From assembly GCA_001949185.1 (NCBI GenBank), contig BDGG01000015.1, forward strand, positions 439,036 to 503,035: a stretch of 64,000 bases of DNA, written 5' to 3'. Source of the DNA: Ramazzottius varieornatus. Its lineage: Eukaryota; Animalia; Tardigrada. The notes under the pieces were generated by a model. That model had not been told where the DNA came from. It worked only from the letters and a program-made list of their open reading frames with translations, and searched no databases. Shown in pieces: positions 12,266 to 26,027 of this stretch (position 1 is its first letter; each line of letters opens with the position of its first letter). Both the position numbers and the translations under genes were made by a program.

Positions 12266-13149
12266 TGAACGTCAAGATCATCACATTATTTTCGTGTTGC
12301 CTGGTTGGAGTCCCGGGACTTAGACATATTGTAAATACGTGCTCAAAACAAATTCAGATGATATTATATTGTCTTGCGGTTCTGGAATACTGGAAAGGTT
12401 TACTATCAGTTCAAAATACCAATCATGCTAGTTGTATACAACATCGCGTGCCGTTTGGTGGTGGCGGTACAGTGTAGACAAAATTAGCCGTTTAAAATAG
12501 GTGTTAGATGAAGCCAGATGGGTACAACCAATGAAATTTGCGCATGCAAGAAACCATAATCCTCACTGGCTGCACCATGGCCGTAGCGGCCTGTATTGGA
12601 TGTATCAAGATTGGAGTGTGACGTAACTGGCTTAAGTCTGATCACAGTGCAAAACTGATCGCGACGGATGACGTAGTTGATACATCCAATACAGGCCGCT
12701 ACGGGCCCTGGGCTGCACCGTGAATAAGCACGGTCAATTTTGTCGTACACTGTAACTTTCACAGACTCTCAGTTTTTCTTGAAAGCTGGAGCCTCTCCAT
12801 CAGGCCAAAGTTCGCGGAAAGAACTGTTCTACCATTTGTCAACAAGCGGGTCGTGCCGCCAATCTTGGAGGAAGATTCTCGATGATGGCACAGTCCATTT
12901 TGTCCAGTACGTAGTCGTCCAGATACCTACATTGACCGAGTAGAACTGTGTGATCCAGTTCGCTGCCATTATTATTCCCCAGTCGGCTGTACAGATGTGA
13001 TACGAGCAAGACGACGTCGCCATGAAAAGTCGCCGCATTTAAACTAGGTGTAGTTGTGCATGCGCCGGGTATAAGTGCAACCAATGACTTGCCTGTGCAC
13101 ACGTTGCGTCATTGAATTGAGCCGTGACTCATACAGCCAGTACCACTCA

Positions 13150-13225
13150 TGCGTCCCCCGGTCGAGTCGCGAACCCTCCTTTTATCGCGCCACTGTACCG
13201 TCACTCACTACGCCTGTGAACTCGC
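13150..13225 (-). other. Possible tRNA-derived SINE head / pol III promoter relic
   Basis: Minus strand has A-box-like GGCGTAGTGAG and B-box-like GGGTTCGCGACTC about 30 nt apart. No convincing cloverleaf. Confidence 0.25.
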
Positions 13226-14517
13226 GCACAGAGAAGGATTGAGCAGTATTCAAAACATTCACCCATTAACTTGCGTAGGTCCTCCCGATTTTATCTGACA
13301 TTGCTGTGAGGGAACGGTTTTAATTACGGAAAGGGTTACGGGTGTTAGAAGTAATAAATGATGTCCCCCTTTCGAGCTTGATGAAGCGGAATATTCAGGT
13401 TCCGTCCGGAAGAGGCTGCCTCAACGTCCGGAAGAGGCGATAGCACAAACTGTCAGGCGTGAATACCGAGCTGGAAAAACAGCCGTCCCGTTGTTAACCG
13501 TAACTGGCAATCGCAGGAGAAGACGTACACCTGTTCCGTTCTCAGTGATAACAAGATATTCCAGAAGAAAAACGACGGAAATCAGAACAGAATCGAAGAG
13601 TCACTGTTCTGAAGAAAACCTCGTCGGAAAATTTGAAATTTCCGAAAAGCAGTGAATGTTGTAGTGATTGCAATGTTTGCAGCCACCGTCAAATCAGCAG
13701 TAGCAATTATGATTGGTCGATCGGCATTTGCGGCATATCATAATGTAGATTCTAGACTGCGGTTCCACTATCCGTTTATCTCCAGCGTACCGGTGTGGTC
13801 TCACGGCCCGGCTCGTCAGTCTTTCAACCATGGATCACAGTAAATAACTTCCGGGTCTGGCAGCCCAAATTAACGGAGTGGGCGTAACAGTAACTGACAC
13901 CACGTCCCCTTACCGAATTGACCGTGTGTTCCTTATTTCCTACTGCGAAATCTACCGAATAATCACAAAAACCTTGAATGGTCGCAAGACCAATTCGAGT
14001 TCTTGTGGAACCTGCAGGATATAATTAGGACGCGCGATAGCAGACATATTTCACCAAGAGTCCACTCAGCCCACCGCTTATTCGGAATGGTCGCAAGACT
14101 ACTGCCGAATTTGGCTTCAGTTGATGTTGATGAAGTTGATGAAAGTCATGCTTGATCTGCGTCCGCAACAAGCGTGAAACTGTGCGCAGTGTGCTGTATG
14201 CCAGTAAATCTTACGCATTAAGCACCTGCGCGTGTGTTACACTCACGAACGTTCGGATGTGGTGACTTGATTGAAGCAGCTTATTTGTTTAGTGAATGCA
14301 GGACTGCGATTTCGGGGACTCACTTGCATACCCGTCATTCACATCCACGCTGTAAAAAACGCATTGACGCCTGGACCTTCCTTAATTACGAAACGAACAC
14401 GGAAGTACTTGGGGTCAATGAAACTGTCAAGGTAGGCGGATATACACAATTGCGTAAGCCATCTGCCCAGCCTTCGCACAGTCACCAAAGACAGACCCCA
14501 AGCGAAGGCTGATTGAA

Positions 14518-15447
14518 CTAACCTGAGATTCGCAGCATAGCTTGGGTCAAGGACACCATATCTGGTCGGACGTATCGGTTTGAAACGTCGCTGAACCATC
14601 TACCCATGGCCCTAATCTGTTCCATGGAGCATCTGGCTTTAGAAGCCGTCGAAGCCGCTCCTATCCGGAAACTATGAGAGGTAAAGCCATTCCCGAGAAA
14701 AATTTGTAGCTCGCGATTGACACGTTGGCGAGTCAGGTAGCAACCATCATGGGAAATGAATAATGGTATATGCCTGGCTGAAGATCTGACTAGCATATAA
14801 GCGTGAAGGGCTTGTACGGGACAAGTATCCGTTTGAGTTTTTGTGAGATAAATTGCAGGAGGTGCGGTTTTGCGATGGGTTTTATCTCGCCGCAAACATA
14901 TTTGGACCGAATCGCAGGATATTTGTAAGTCGTTCAGGACAAGGTTTGATTTGTCAAAACTTGTCTCCTTCTAACTGGTATACTCGGACACACGTAACAT
15001 GCCGTAGAAGGCCATGGTGAAAGCCGACCAAAGCATCAGTTGGTCGTGTCGAAGAATGAGAGACCCGAATAGGTCAACTTTGAGCTGTCGTAAATGTTCT
15101 ATTGTCAGAGGTTTTCTCTTGTATGTGTCGGGACGGGTTTGGTTGGTTAGACCTTTCAACATCATTGAGAGGTAATGGTCATTTCTACCAGGATCTTCGA
15201 AACCGTGCTCCAGTTGTTCTGAACGTACGCCGGCTACATAAACTGTCGCTGTTTTCCCGCTTAGCCCTTCGCTATCCAACCAGGAAACGAACCGTCTGAT
15301 GGTTTGGCGATCCGTAGGGAGATAAGGGAGATGATGGCTCAAACAGAAAGAGCGAAATCGCTCAAATCCATGTCGGTAGCCTCTTCTGGTAGAGGTGGCC
15401 AATCGCTTACTGACGAGCTCTCGCGATCTTGCATCGAGTTCGAACAT
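14518..15447 (-). pseudogene. Tyrosine recombinase of the retroelement, one in-frame stop
   Basis: SAM-like N-domain (STRRGY), AFYGMLRVSE, DKT, TCPV, HSFRIGAAS, GRW, RYVR; TAG at 14971-14973. Confidence 0.9.
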
Positions 15448-15477
15448 TTTCCGGGTTCTGGCATGATCTCCCGCAAA

Positions 15478-15799
15478 AAATCGAGTTGAATGCCGAGGAA
15501 GGTGAGTTTAGTCGTAGGGCCCTCGGTTTCCTTTCGCTATGGGCACACCAAGGTGTGCACATAATGCTCGTATAGAAAATGGCACGCAGGTGACGAACTA
15601 GGTACAGCCCACCAGAAATCGTCGATGTAATGCAAAACGTCGAGCATTCCGCCAGTGGTCTTAATTTTCCAGTCGAGAATTTTGGAGAGATCATCGAAAA
15701 AACTAGGTGAAGATCGACACCCAAACGGCAGTACCGTATCGAAATAATATTTTCCATCGCTTATGTAAACAAGCAGATGCCAATCCTCTTTCGTGACTG
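15478..15799 (-). pseudogene. Reverse transcriptase C-terminal part of the retroelement
   Basis: YYFDTVLPFGCRSSP, HYIDDF, then (frameshifted) KTEGPTTKLTFLGIQLD. Confidence 0.9.
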
Positions 15800-16377
15800 N
15801 NNNNNNNNNNNNNNNNNNNNNNNNNNNNNNNNNNNNNNNNNNNNNNNNNNNNNNNNNNNNNNNNNNNNNNNNNNNNNNNNNNNNNNNNNNNNNNNNNNNN
15901 NNNNNNNNNNNNNNNNNNNNNNNNNNNNNNNNNNNNNNNNNNNNNNNNNNNNNNNNNNNNNNNNNNNNNNNNNNNNNNNNNNNNNNNNNNNNNNNNNNNN
16001 NNNNNNNNNNNNNNNNNNNNNNNNNNNNNNNNNNNNNNNNNNNNNNNNNNNNNNNNNNNNNNNNNNNNNNNNNNNNNNNNNNNNNNNNNNNNNNNNNNNN
16101 NNNNNNNNNNNNNNNNNNNNNNNNNNNNNNNNNNNNNNNNNNNNNNNNNNNNNNNNNNNNNNNNNNNNNNNNNNNNNNNNNNNNNNNNNNNNNNNNNNNN
16201 NNNNNNNNNNNNNNNNNNNNNNNNNNNNNNNNNNNNNNNNNNNNNNNNNNNNNNNNNNNNNNNNNNNNNNNNNNNNNNNNNNNNNNNNNNNNNNNNNNNN
16301 NNNNNNNNNNNNNNNNNNNNNNNNNNNNNNNNNNNNNNNNNNNNNNNNNNNNNNNNNNNNNNNNNNNNNNNNNNNNN
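15800..16377. other. Assembly gap (578 N)
   Basis: Run of N. Confidence 1.
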
Positions 16378-19300
16378 TTCCGGACCAGTTCCCTGTCTTT
16401 CCAGTCTTCCAGATCCACTTTCCAGTCTTCTGGATCCATTCCCCAGCCGGCTTGGGCTTCCTTGTCGGTCTTCTCGTCCGGGTTCTGCGAACAGCTCCAA
16501 GGCCCGATCCACACTGACCGCGCGACGAACTTCTTTCAACGCCGAGCGAAGACGTTTGGCGAGAGGCACCTCTGGTAACGTGGTAAGAACTTGACTATCA
16601 TCTGGCCCAGCTGGGTATTTGGTACCGTAACGGTGTCGTCCACTAGGGCTATCGCTGGCTACCGGAGGCATAGCCTCGTGTAGGCTCTGAGGTCGCGAGT
16701 TCGCCATCGAGAAGACTTTTAAAAGCTGAGAAAAAGCTGATGTGCTCACTTCGTGAAACTGACTCCAGCTATAAATTTAGACTGTAAGCTACTCGGGATC
16801 CACATGGCAACCTAATCAGATTACTACTCTGTAATGAGGGAAATGCCGAAATGACGTCAACGGCGGTGTAACACGTTTCGGCGTTAAGCAGCGCGATCCT
16901 GCAATGCGATTAGGATGACTGTTCTCCTAAGGATGCCAGCACGGCTTGAGAGAGGGACTTCCCCGAGCACCAGGCAGAAGAGACAAAAGCCGCTAAAACT
17001 GCTGCTATTTTTGGACGGTTCCTTGGTAGTACTTTTAACTGATAATTCATGACCTTTTATTGCTGGATATGGATGAAACTGGTTTGCTGGTGAAATTGTT
17101 GAGGAAAACAGTTATCTTTTCCCCGTTGACATGTGGATCTAAAAATGACTGAAATGTTATAAAGTATTACAAGACGCTTTCGGCTAGCTAAGTTCAGGGA
17201 TACGAGGTAGTTTCGGAAATTTTACGTGCATTTAAGGGACGGTATATGGAATGTTCCTTGAAGAACATATCGGTAGGAAGAGGTTAATGTGAAGGACAAC
17301 ATACTAAACACGTTCTTAGCCACAGGGCGTATGTAAGAGTTCTTAGGGATGAAAAGTTTTACTTTCTCGTTCGGAGCTTGGAATCGTACGCTGTTTTTTC
17401 TGTTTTTTGGTCTCAAGAGCTGGTTGTAGTCGTGAGTTTCTTGCTGTTTCGGTGTGAGAAGTATTCTTTGGGGTGATGGGCGGTTGTTCGCTCGCTTGGT
17501 CTTAGTCACTGGAGTCAAGAAGGGTCAGTCGTTTTTTTGTCGGTGTCGGTCTGACCGGTGAAGTGGAGGATGAGGAACTCGGAGTTTCTTCGGATGAGCT
17601 ATTTGCAGCTTCAGGTGCCGTTTGGTTCTTGGTTTTCGTGGTGAAAAAGTTGGTCGTATCTGGCGTTGACAAATTTCGGTAAAGCTCACACAGCGGAAGG
17701 ACGTTCAGGGAGACACCGTATTTCCGGATTGCTTCTGACTGTTTGCTAATGTGAAAGAGGCTATGTTTATGTTCCAGTTCGAGGAGGTTCCCTTGCAATT
17801 TCAGGACAAAAACATGTACACTTATGAAGATATGTCAGGGGAAATCGAGTTGACCTGGAACAGAGAATTTGAAACAGGGTACGGTGTGAATACCGGCGTG
17901 TACGTACCATGACGTTTGTAACTAAGGTTGAACTGCTGATGAGTGGTGTTATCGAATACAGACATGGTAACTCCTTTGTGCATGACTTCGAGGACGAGTA
18001 GAATGATGTCTGAGAACATGGAAAATGATTTGTAACTGTCTTCATGTCAGCTGGAAAAGCAATAAACTGTGTTAGACTGGGTTTATTCTACTGAATGGTT
18101 GTGTACTGGGGTGGTCGGGCAAATCTTCCAAGGTTCGAAGGTGTGGAACGTCAGGCTGTCGGTTGCGTACGATGGTCGCGGTTGCGTGTTGTTGGAATCG
18201 AATTGGTGAGGGGATGGTTGCACTGTACTCGTATTGCTCCGCGGAGCTGACGTCAACTTTTCGAAGTTCGATTATCTAGAGTAAAAATAAGGCCTATATT
18301 CGCCGAAAGATCTTATGGTGTTTCAGTTATGATAGTCTTACTTGATCGGACTTCCAGTTGGTTCAAAAGCAATTCCATCTACTGATCCTGTATGATCAGC
18401 CAGCGTGAATCTCCGGAGAAATTTGAGGTTCGGCTTTCATGGCTCATCTACGAACATAACAATAGCTTGTATGGACCTGCAGATACCGGATGAGTGCAGG
18501 TTTTTATTCATGTTATCTGGAAGCAGTAACCGTACGTACGCATGACTTCCTGGTTCAAGCATGAGCAATCCTGTTTCACGCTGATTGCTCATGCTGATTT
18601 TTTGATTTTCACGTTTTCAGGTATTATTCAGATCGTTATTCAGATCGTTTCCAGGACCCTGTGCGGTAAACTCTTTTATAACGTATCGTTTCCTGTAATA
18701 AAAAGTGTGGTCCTGAATTCCTGTATGGGTAATCCGGAGTTAAATTCAGGTATGTTCTTTTGTTGGGGTTCGGCTTACTTCATGTATACTTCGGCACGTT
18801 CGATATCCAGTAAGGCCCAGATGGCTGTTCTATGGTCTCAGTCGTCCGGCATATCTGGTGCGTAGGTAGCGTCTAGATATAGTTTTTACATTGTTAACCA
18901 CATTGTGGCACCGACAAAACATGATTTTCTTACCGACTTCACGGACACCGTCCCATAAGGTCATGGTCGTTGCTCGCCAATATCAATTACTGCAACATCG
19001 ATCAATTGGATCGTGATAGGATCCGTGGTGAAAACAGGGCGACCGAACACGCCGGCTGATTCGCTGCCATCGATGAGTCGGCAGAAAAGTCAGAACTGGT
19101 ACGAAATATTGGTGTGAGTTTGTGGAGTTCCAGAGTGTCGAGTGGGTTGTTGCGGTTGCTTGGGAAATGGTAGTTCACGTAACAACCGTGTCGTAGCTTT
19201 GGCAGAGCTTTACTACCCATGAAAAAAAACCAGCTCGAGAAGGGACGACATGCGATGCGTCATCATTGTGCCCGCCCGTCCAGAAATGCTCTGTATTATA

Positions 19301-20152
19301 AGCGCGTACGATCTGCGCGTGTGCGCACTAGCCAGTCTTGTTCTGCACCGTTCTGGTTTTCGCCAGCAGGTCGTTGGGGACTCGATGAGGAATCAGAACG
19401 GACTGGTTGGTAAAAGGCTCAAGAGTCAAGTCCACTAAGTTGTGTTACGGTTTTACTGCGAGATGGTGCATGCATGGTGTAACAGAATTTCAAGCACACG
19501 TTCAAAAACCAAGGACAAAGTCAGCACAAATTTAGATGGAAGACGTTTCATAACGATAAACTTAAAATCGCATACAACGGCGCATGGATCTTTACCCATG
19601 TTACGACGATAATGGTACAGCGATCCCAACGGCAGGTGAGTGGGTCATCGCCGATCGGTAAAGGTGTGGGGAAGTCGCAAGTGCATTTCTGAATTTGCGT
19701 AACCATCTCTTTAGTTGAACAGAGAAACTTGATTGAGATACTGCAAGAAAACCATATTGTGGTGTGTACAGCTGAAGTTTTTTTGAGTTATTTTTCTTCG
19801 TGATTCCCAGTCGGTCTGACATTCAATCCGTACACCCTTCTTCCGAATCGTGTACTGAGTGTTTCCGAGCCATGCGATCCGGCCGATACGTCCATTATCC
19901 GACCAAAATAGTCCCTCTCTTCGTACGAGCTGTCCCATTTTCAAGACAGCGTTAGCACTTAGCAAGCGGCTAAATGGAACAACCCTTCGTATTTGAGTGT
20001 TGTATCTCAGCGCAGTGGTCCGTGACCGACACTACTTTCGCGTAGTTGTACATCCCGTCACCGCATTGAGTGTATACACAACGATCTAATCGCGAAAAGA
20101 TGATTGAAGTATTGGCCGAACGAGTAAACTTACGGACTCTAAATGTCCAAAT

Positions 20153-23100
20153 TTACAGTAATAATTCTTTGTAGACCACATTAGTGATTATGGCATGTCG
20201 ATTAGCGTCAAGTTAGTCGTGACTTGGAAGAACGAGAAGTTCGTTCCTTGAGCGAACTCGACTTAGGGCGACAGCTAGCTGTGCGTGAGCGAAGCATTCT
20301 TTCCGTAAGTCGATTCTGGTAAGTCTTTCCGTAAATCGATTTTTCTAGCGCCGCTTATTGAGAACGGTTTATTGTCTTGACATAACCTGCTCGCAGGGGA
20401 AATTGATCGCGTGTCAAACGAAGTCCTCTTCTCTGTACGTTCATTGTGAAATATATCTGCGGCAAGTAGAAAAAACAAATTTTCGGTCAGCATGGTCCGT
20501 ACTTGTATAAGGTTCCTTGTTATACCCAAGATTGCGACTTGAGTGTTGTTGAGCAGTCCATCGTCGGGCGATAAGTTACGTACAGAAAAACATTCCAATC
20601 CAACTTTGAGACGGATTTCATGGGGTGGGATATTAGGAAAGTTGATTTGGTTGAAAAATTCTGTTGTTACGTTGTTTCTGAAGAATTGTGAGACATCTGC
20701 TGACTCCTGTAGTTCATCGTGACTGAAGAGCGGCACGAATTGTTTGTCCAGCAGGTCGCATATTTCTGAGTTCAGGGTGTTCACATTTCTGTTCAGAACG
20801 CGCAGACATTCATTGAAGCTCAAAGGGGCGGTGGATGGGAGCTAGGGACAGACAGACTGCTTCCAGTATTCGACATCGGTGGGTTGCGCTAATCAAACTC
20901 AATACTACAATCTTTATCACTCGGGAAGGTGCCTTTGGCGGTTTCGTCAACAAAATGAGAACTCGGGATCGGTTTCTTGTCGTATTGGTACGGCAAGGGT
21001 GAACTCCACACTGCATAAAATCCACAGCTTCAAGATTTCGCTTATCTATCATCGTGACCTCATCCCAAATTACAAGTGTCGCTTCTCGAAGTACACTTGC
21101 TCGTTCCGAACGTGAGGATACGTCACACACAATCGGAATGAAATTTTACGGATCATCGCGCACATGAATTTTGATTAAATTATGGGCTTTACGTCCACCT
21201 GGGGACATAATAGCCACGAACCCGGAACTTGCGCAACATAAAGCAATCTTGCCAGAAGCTCGGGTATATCGAGCGATTGTGTTCAGAAGAAACGATTTTT
21301 CGCGCCCGGGTGCACCGTCAACGTAGAAAACCACGGGTAGTTTCGAGTCGATATGATTCTGAATTTCTGTTAGAATTGTAGTTTGTTCAAAGTTCAGCAT
21401 GCTAGGCGAGTCTTGATGTAGTGCTGCATTGGTACGTGAGTCGTGTCGCAGTTTCTCTTTGTCAATCTCGGATTGTTGGTTTAGTGGTGTAGGAAAGGAG
21501 AAGTCCCCACGCGTTTGCCTGTAGCTTTCTAGCCGAGCCAAAAGGTCAAGGAGACGATTTTCGGACAAATAATTTGGCAGCTGATCGCGGAGTTTGAAAT
21601 CAATCTGCATGAGTTCCTTGTGTTTGCTGGATAACGCTAATGCGGGTGCACCTTCTGTGATTAACAGACGAAAAAGCCGTAATTGCCTTGGTGAGCATAA
21701 AGCTTGTTTCGACCGAAGTGTTTCCAAGCAGTCCCATCGCTTCGCAACATTCCGAAAAGGAGCGATACGTCGTGCCGTAAAATCTGCGGAGCTCTTCGTA
21801 CGATCTTGCAGGCTTGTGCTGTAGTTGAAGTCGAAGATACCAAGATTCTCCACTTTGCAGTCTTTTCACCATCATTCTGCTGATGTGAAGGGTTGTTCTG
21901 CGGTGTACCGTACCTCTGTTGGGTGGAGAAACTCGGTCGTGCCAGACTTCCTCAGTTTGCCGCGTATTGGTATCTTCAGGTCGTTTAACAGACACAAAGC
22001 ACTTCTCGTAGTATTGCAAGTATTTTATCTCATCGGATCGAGTGTGTACGGGCCGAGCGCAATATCGATCCAGTGCCGAAATACGGTGCGCCGCTTTCTG
22101 TCTCACCTTTTTGTTTGACTGATCTTAAACGACAGTTTTGATCTTCGAGGTGCACTGGATAACATGAAACCGAGGGCTTCTCGTTAGTTCGTATCCAAAT
22201 ATATGCCAAACATTTTCTGATGCTGAGAGGTATATTCCGTGTACATACAACTTGGTTTCGTCCTTAGAAATTGCAGCATCCAAGTAGTCGAAACCCTTAT
22301 ACAGATATTAGTATAGGTACATAATTAGTATCACGGAAGCAGCAAGTTCGACGTTAATATGGCAATCGAATTCCATCATCATTTCGCTATTATAGGAGAC
22401 AACGTTGCGATCTCTCTCTCTTCGCCTTCTATACTGTGGATATCCGGTATTGTCTATGAAAGTTTTTCCGTTAATTGGTTTTGGGTACCTGTAATGACAT
22501 TGCACTGAGCTTTGTTTTTCCGATCGGTAGCATTGTCGATGAAGAATGTGCTTCTCGACCAACGTTCGTAAATTCTTGTCAGCTGAGATCACGGCATCGA
22601 TTTCTGCAGGACTTTGTGGTTTAGTAGCCATTCACACGGCTGTATGCGCATCAGGAAGCCCACGTGTCTGGAATTCAATAACTGAGATTTTGTAGGTCTT
22701 CGTGGAACCGAAGTACTTCGGAAATTTGTTTGAAACCTTGCTAGCTTCGCTCTAAAGACCATATTTATGATATCTGGTCGATTCGATGCGCTTTGGTCAC
22801 GCAACAAACGCCTCTTGATCTCGGACCAGTTGGGGTTACAGGTGAACGTAATGAAATACGTGGGGTTTTGCGAGGCGGCCAACTACCCCTAAAGCATCCG
22901 ATATTATTTTCTGATTATGCCGATGCGAGCCGATGAATGAGGCAGGCAAAAATATTCTTCTTTCATTTGCTCCTGATCCTAAGTCTTTGTTTCGGCAAAT
23001 TTTCACTTGGTTAAAACGAACGATATTCAGTTTTCCTTCCTCGATGCAGCTGAATATGTCAACGCAGAATTTGTTGAGCAGTCTGCCAAGTAGATGTAGT

Positions 23101-23704
23101 GCGGTGCATCGCTCTGGTGGCTCCTCAGCTGGGAAGGTTCGACGTCTCAGAACCAAGTTACTTGGGCCGGTCTGTTGCTCGAAGCACCCGCTAGTTCTGA
23201 GTGCCGACATTGAAAATGAATTTTCGTACATGCGTGACTGGTCTCGAACTTTTCTTGACGACCTATATAGATTCTCCGGCTCTGCGGGCAGTGCGGGCGT
23301 CTTGAATAATTCGAAGGGATATTCTGTTCTGCTCCCCCAACAGAATCCAACAGATTCTTTGGTCATAATTGTTGCTGTGCACCGTCCGCGCGATATCTGT
23401 TCCAACTGCAATGTGGTCATCAGTCTGAGCATGGTTCGTACTCTACACAGGTTTGTATCGGAATACGCATGCTTACATCAGATTTTGTTCAGCCACGATT
23501 CAATGACTCCACAACGGAGTTACTACATTCTGTTTCACGCTCCGAGCCGTCATCGTCCCCACAAGTGTCGTCACCTCCAGTAGTGTAGTGTGAATACAGA
23601 TCGTCCTCAGAATTGAGTTCAACACTAGACATGTCAACTAATTCTGTACGATCGGAGTTACTTCTGCTTGGCGATTCAGAACTACGCATCATACGATTAT
23701 CCAA
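20153..23704 (-). mobile_element. Degenerate Helitron Rep/PIF1 helicase; element termini not identified
   Basis: Frameshifted fragments in order: Cys region/SRMYENSF, PTYFITFTCNPNWSEI, EFQTRGLPDAH, YPQYRRR, VVSYN..HINVE..YLYKG, WYLRL, DGAPGREKSFL, ASSGFVA..GGRKAH, IWDEVTM, PPHEIRLKVG..RNL, QFPLR, VALSRV, TNVVYKELL. Confidence 0.92.
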
Positions 23705-25159
23705 AACATCAACGTCCGTAACATCTCCAGTAGACTGGGATCTAGTATAAGAGCAGTTTTCACCATCGTCGACATTGTCCTCCGAAGTATCTGACGTAGA
23801 TATCAGGTCTCTATTGGTGCATGATGGGTTTCCTCAGCCCACAATCGTTTAGCTGCACGCAACCGCACAATGGAGGACTTCGAAGTGCCTTTACGTTTTC
23901 GCGTCAGTTTCTTCACTCGTAAATTCTGGTGTCGATTCCTTTCCCGTATGCTCTTCTGTCCTCTTGGTACTTGTCACTGCGAACTATGTTAAGGACTTCC
24001 CCCATCGACGTCACTTCAAATATCTGGAAAATGGTTTCATCGTCCAGTTTTGGCATTGCACTCCAGGTTTTACTCTGGCCACAACCAACTGGCTGTCCCG
24101 GCAAGTCCGCTGGAGCACTCTGTTTGACGATAGGTTTAGGGATTTCTCTTTTCTTTAACCGTAGTTCACCTTCCTCCAGTACGAGCCTTCCTCCAGCTGG
24201 TCAAACCAGGAGCGAACTCGGTTTCCGCACGTTGTGACGCCGTCACAACCTTCGATTTTCCACCATACCAGTCCACAGTGGAGACACCGTTTGATCACGC
24301 TCCTGGGATCCTTGTTGTCGTAGATGAGCACAAGCTACCTGAGTTCGTCAGTCCCTTAATCCGCAGCCTGTTTGATGCATTAGTGCATCGTCCTTGACAG
24401 TGAGCGTAAGACCGGGAAGACTGCTTACTCATCCGCACAAGAACAAAGGCATCCAGGCTGCTGTGGCCGAGTATGTATAGGCATGATAGAAGCACCTTAG
24501 TTCCTTATCGCGTACCTGGCACTCGTTAATCGACAGGCTGAAGGTTGCCATCAACGAAGACCCAGAATGCACCCGCGGGCATAACAAGGGAAAGTTTCTT
24601 CGCGCATTGGCAGGAAGTATCGGAAAGAGCTCTGATACGGTGAAGGATCACTTTAACAAGGCCGAGTGACGTGCCCGATAGCTTAACCTAGTTGGTTTCC
24701 TTTTTTTCTCCATCAACATTCTCCCCCTATGGCATTCGCAAGCTGCAGTACATTTTACCCCTTTTAGCAGAGTTCTTCCGAGATTACTTCCTGGTTGGCA
24801 GAGCTCGTCTGTCAGTTCTCACGCTCGGTCGGTCGACAGTCCATCGTTGTGGGACGCCATGTTTGAGCGCTTTTGCGTGTACTCCAAGTTTATGTTCGAA
24901 GTGTACGGAATTTCCTAAAGGATACTTCATGCGTGCAAACGGCTGTAGAACTGTGTGAATACTGATGTCGCATCTTTGCCATAGTGGTCGCGCGTGGTTA
25001 CAATACACTCAGCAGACTTCTACGGTACAATTGTAAAACTAGAAAACGTGCAGACGACTAGCAGACCATGCATCCTTGTGTGATGGAATTGATACAGCGA
25101 TGATAGTCTCTCCCGTTCCAATAATCTTACTTAGCACTCTGTCAGGGCCTAAATTTCTA

Positions 25160-25929
25160 TATGGGAGTCATCAGCCGAATAATCGCACTGACAAATTCAT
25201 CGCATAGCTTTACCTTCTTTTTCTACATTTTAACTTCGAACGCGAAGTACTCCATCTTGATCATGTCTCTTCCATGTTTTTTAATGAATGCGTCGTAAAG
25301 TTGGTCGATATCTTGACTAAACCAGACAATCATCATGTGGTAGATTTCCTGGAACGATTGTTTCAACTTGCTTTTCATGTTGAAAATGCTGAAATCCAAA
25401 GCGAACTGTTCGTCTGTTGTGGCGAAGCTTTCTTGTTCCATGTTAGATGCACAAGCGTACATGAGATCGGCAATATCAGCCGGATCGTCGTTTCGTAGAA
25501 AAAATGACATACGAGATGTCTGGGTTTTCGTCGATTAGCGTACTGGCGCACTGGATACTCGACTTCGACATAGTGGTCCTTCATACTGTCGTATCGATTT
25601 TCGTATTTCAGTACGACGAAAACCGTGTTGAGATTGGTGCTTGTCAGGGCTTGCTTCAGCAAATACGCATGCATGTACGGTTCAACTGAGCTACCCATCC
25701 CAGGAGTGTCCATCAACGAAAACGCGTTCTCACCAACAGCTACATCGTTCTTGAAAATCCTCCGTGTGACGGACCCTCGAGCTGCGCCCGCTTCATGCTA
25801 AACACCACACAGCAAGTTGGCCAGTGTTGTCTTTCCCGCTCCCGTTCCGCCCAGCAGGATAACGCTGGCTTTGTATTTTAAGATCTTCGGTTTGACGCTC
25901 TTCAGAATGAGTGGTTGTCTTCCTGCCAT
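25160..25929 (-). pseudogene. AIG1/GIMAP-like (TRAFAC) GTPase pseudogene, intronless
   Basis: ILLGGTGAGKTTLAN (G1), GSVT (G2), LMDTPG (G3); TAG at 25798-25800, a frameshift/deletion at the G4 region near 25530, further stops. Confidence 0.8.
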
Positions 25930-26027
25930 CTTTGCGTTTTGATTCTACGAGGTATTTGGTTAGACAGGGGCTGAAACCAATAGCTCACCAACAGCTGATA
26001 ATAGGCGACTTGGGTCCCCCGTCTGCC

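Larger units (their letters stand above)
14200..16749 (-). mobile_element. Tyrosine-recombinase retrotransposon (Ngaro/DIRS order), defective; termini approximate
   Basis: Order is ORF1 (gag-like, 16749-16378), gap, RT, YR. The 3' UTR has a hairpin CAGCCTTCGC..GCGAAGGCTG at 14468-14510. Confidence 0.88.

Noticed and set aside
12484-13102. RYLDD as a reverse-transcriptase motif
   Set aside because: No other RT motifs in any frame nearby.
15537-16749. Long ORFs of 246-348 aa in the track
   Set aside because: Artefacts of translating through the N gap.
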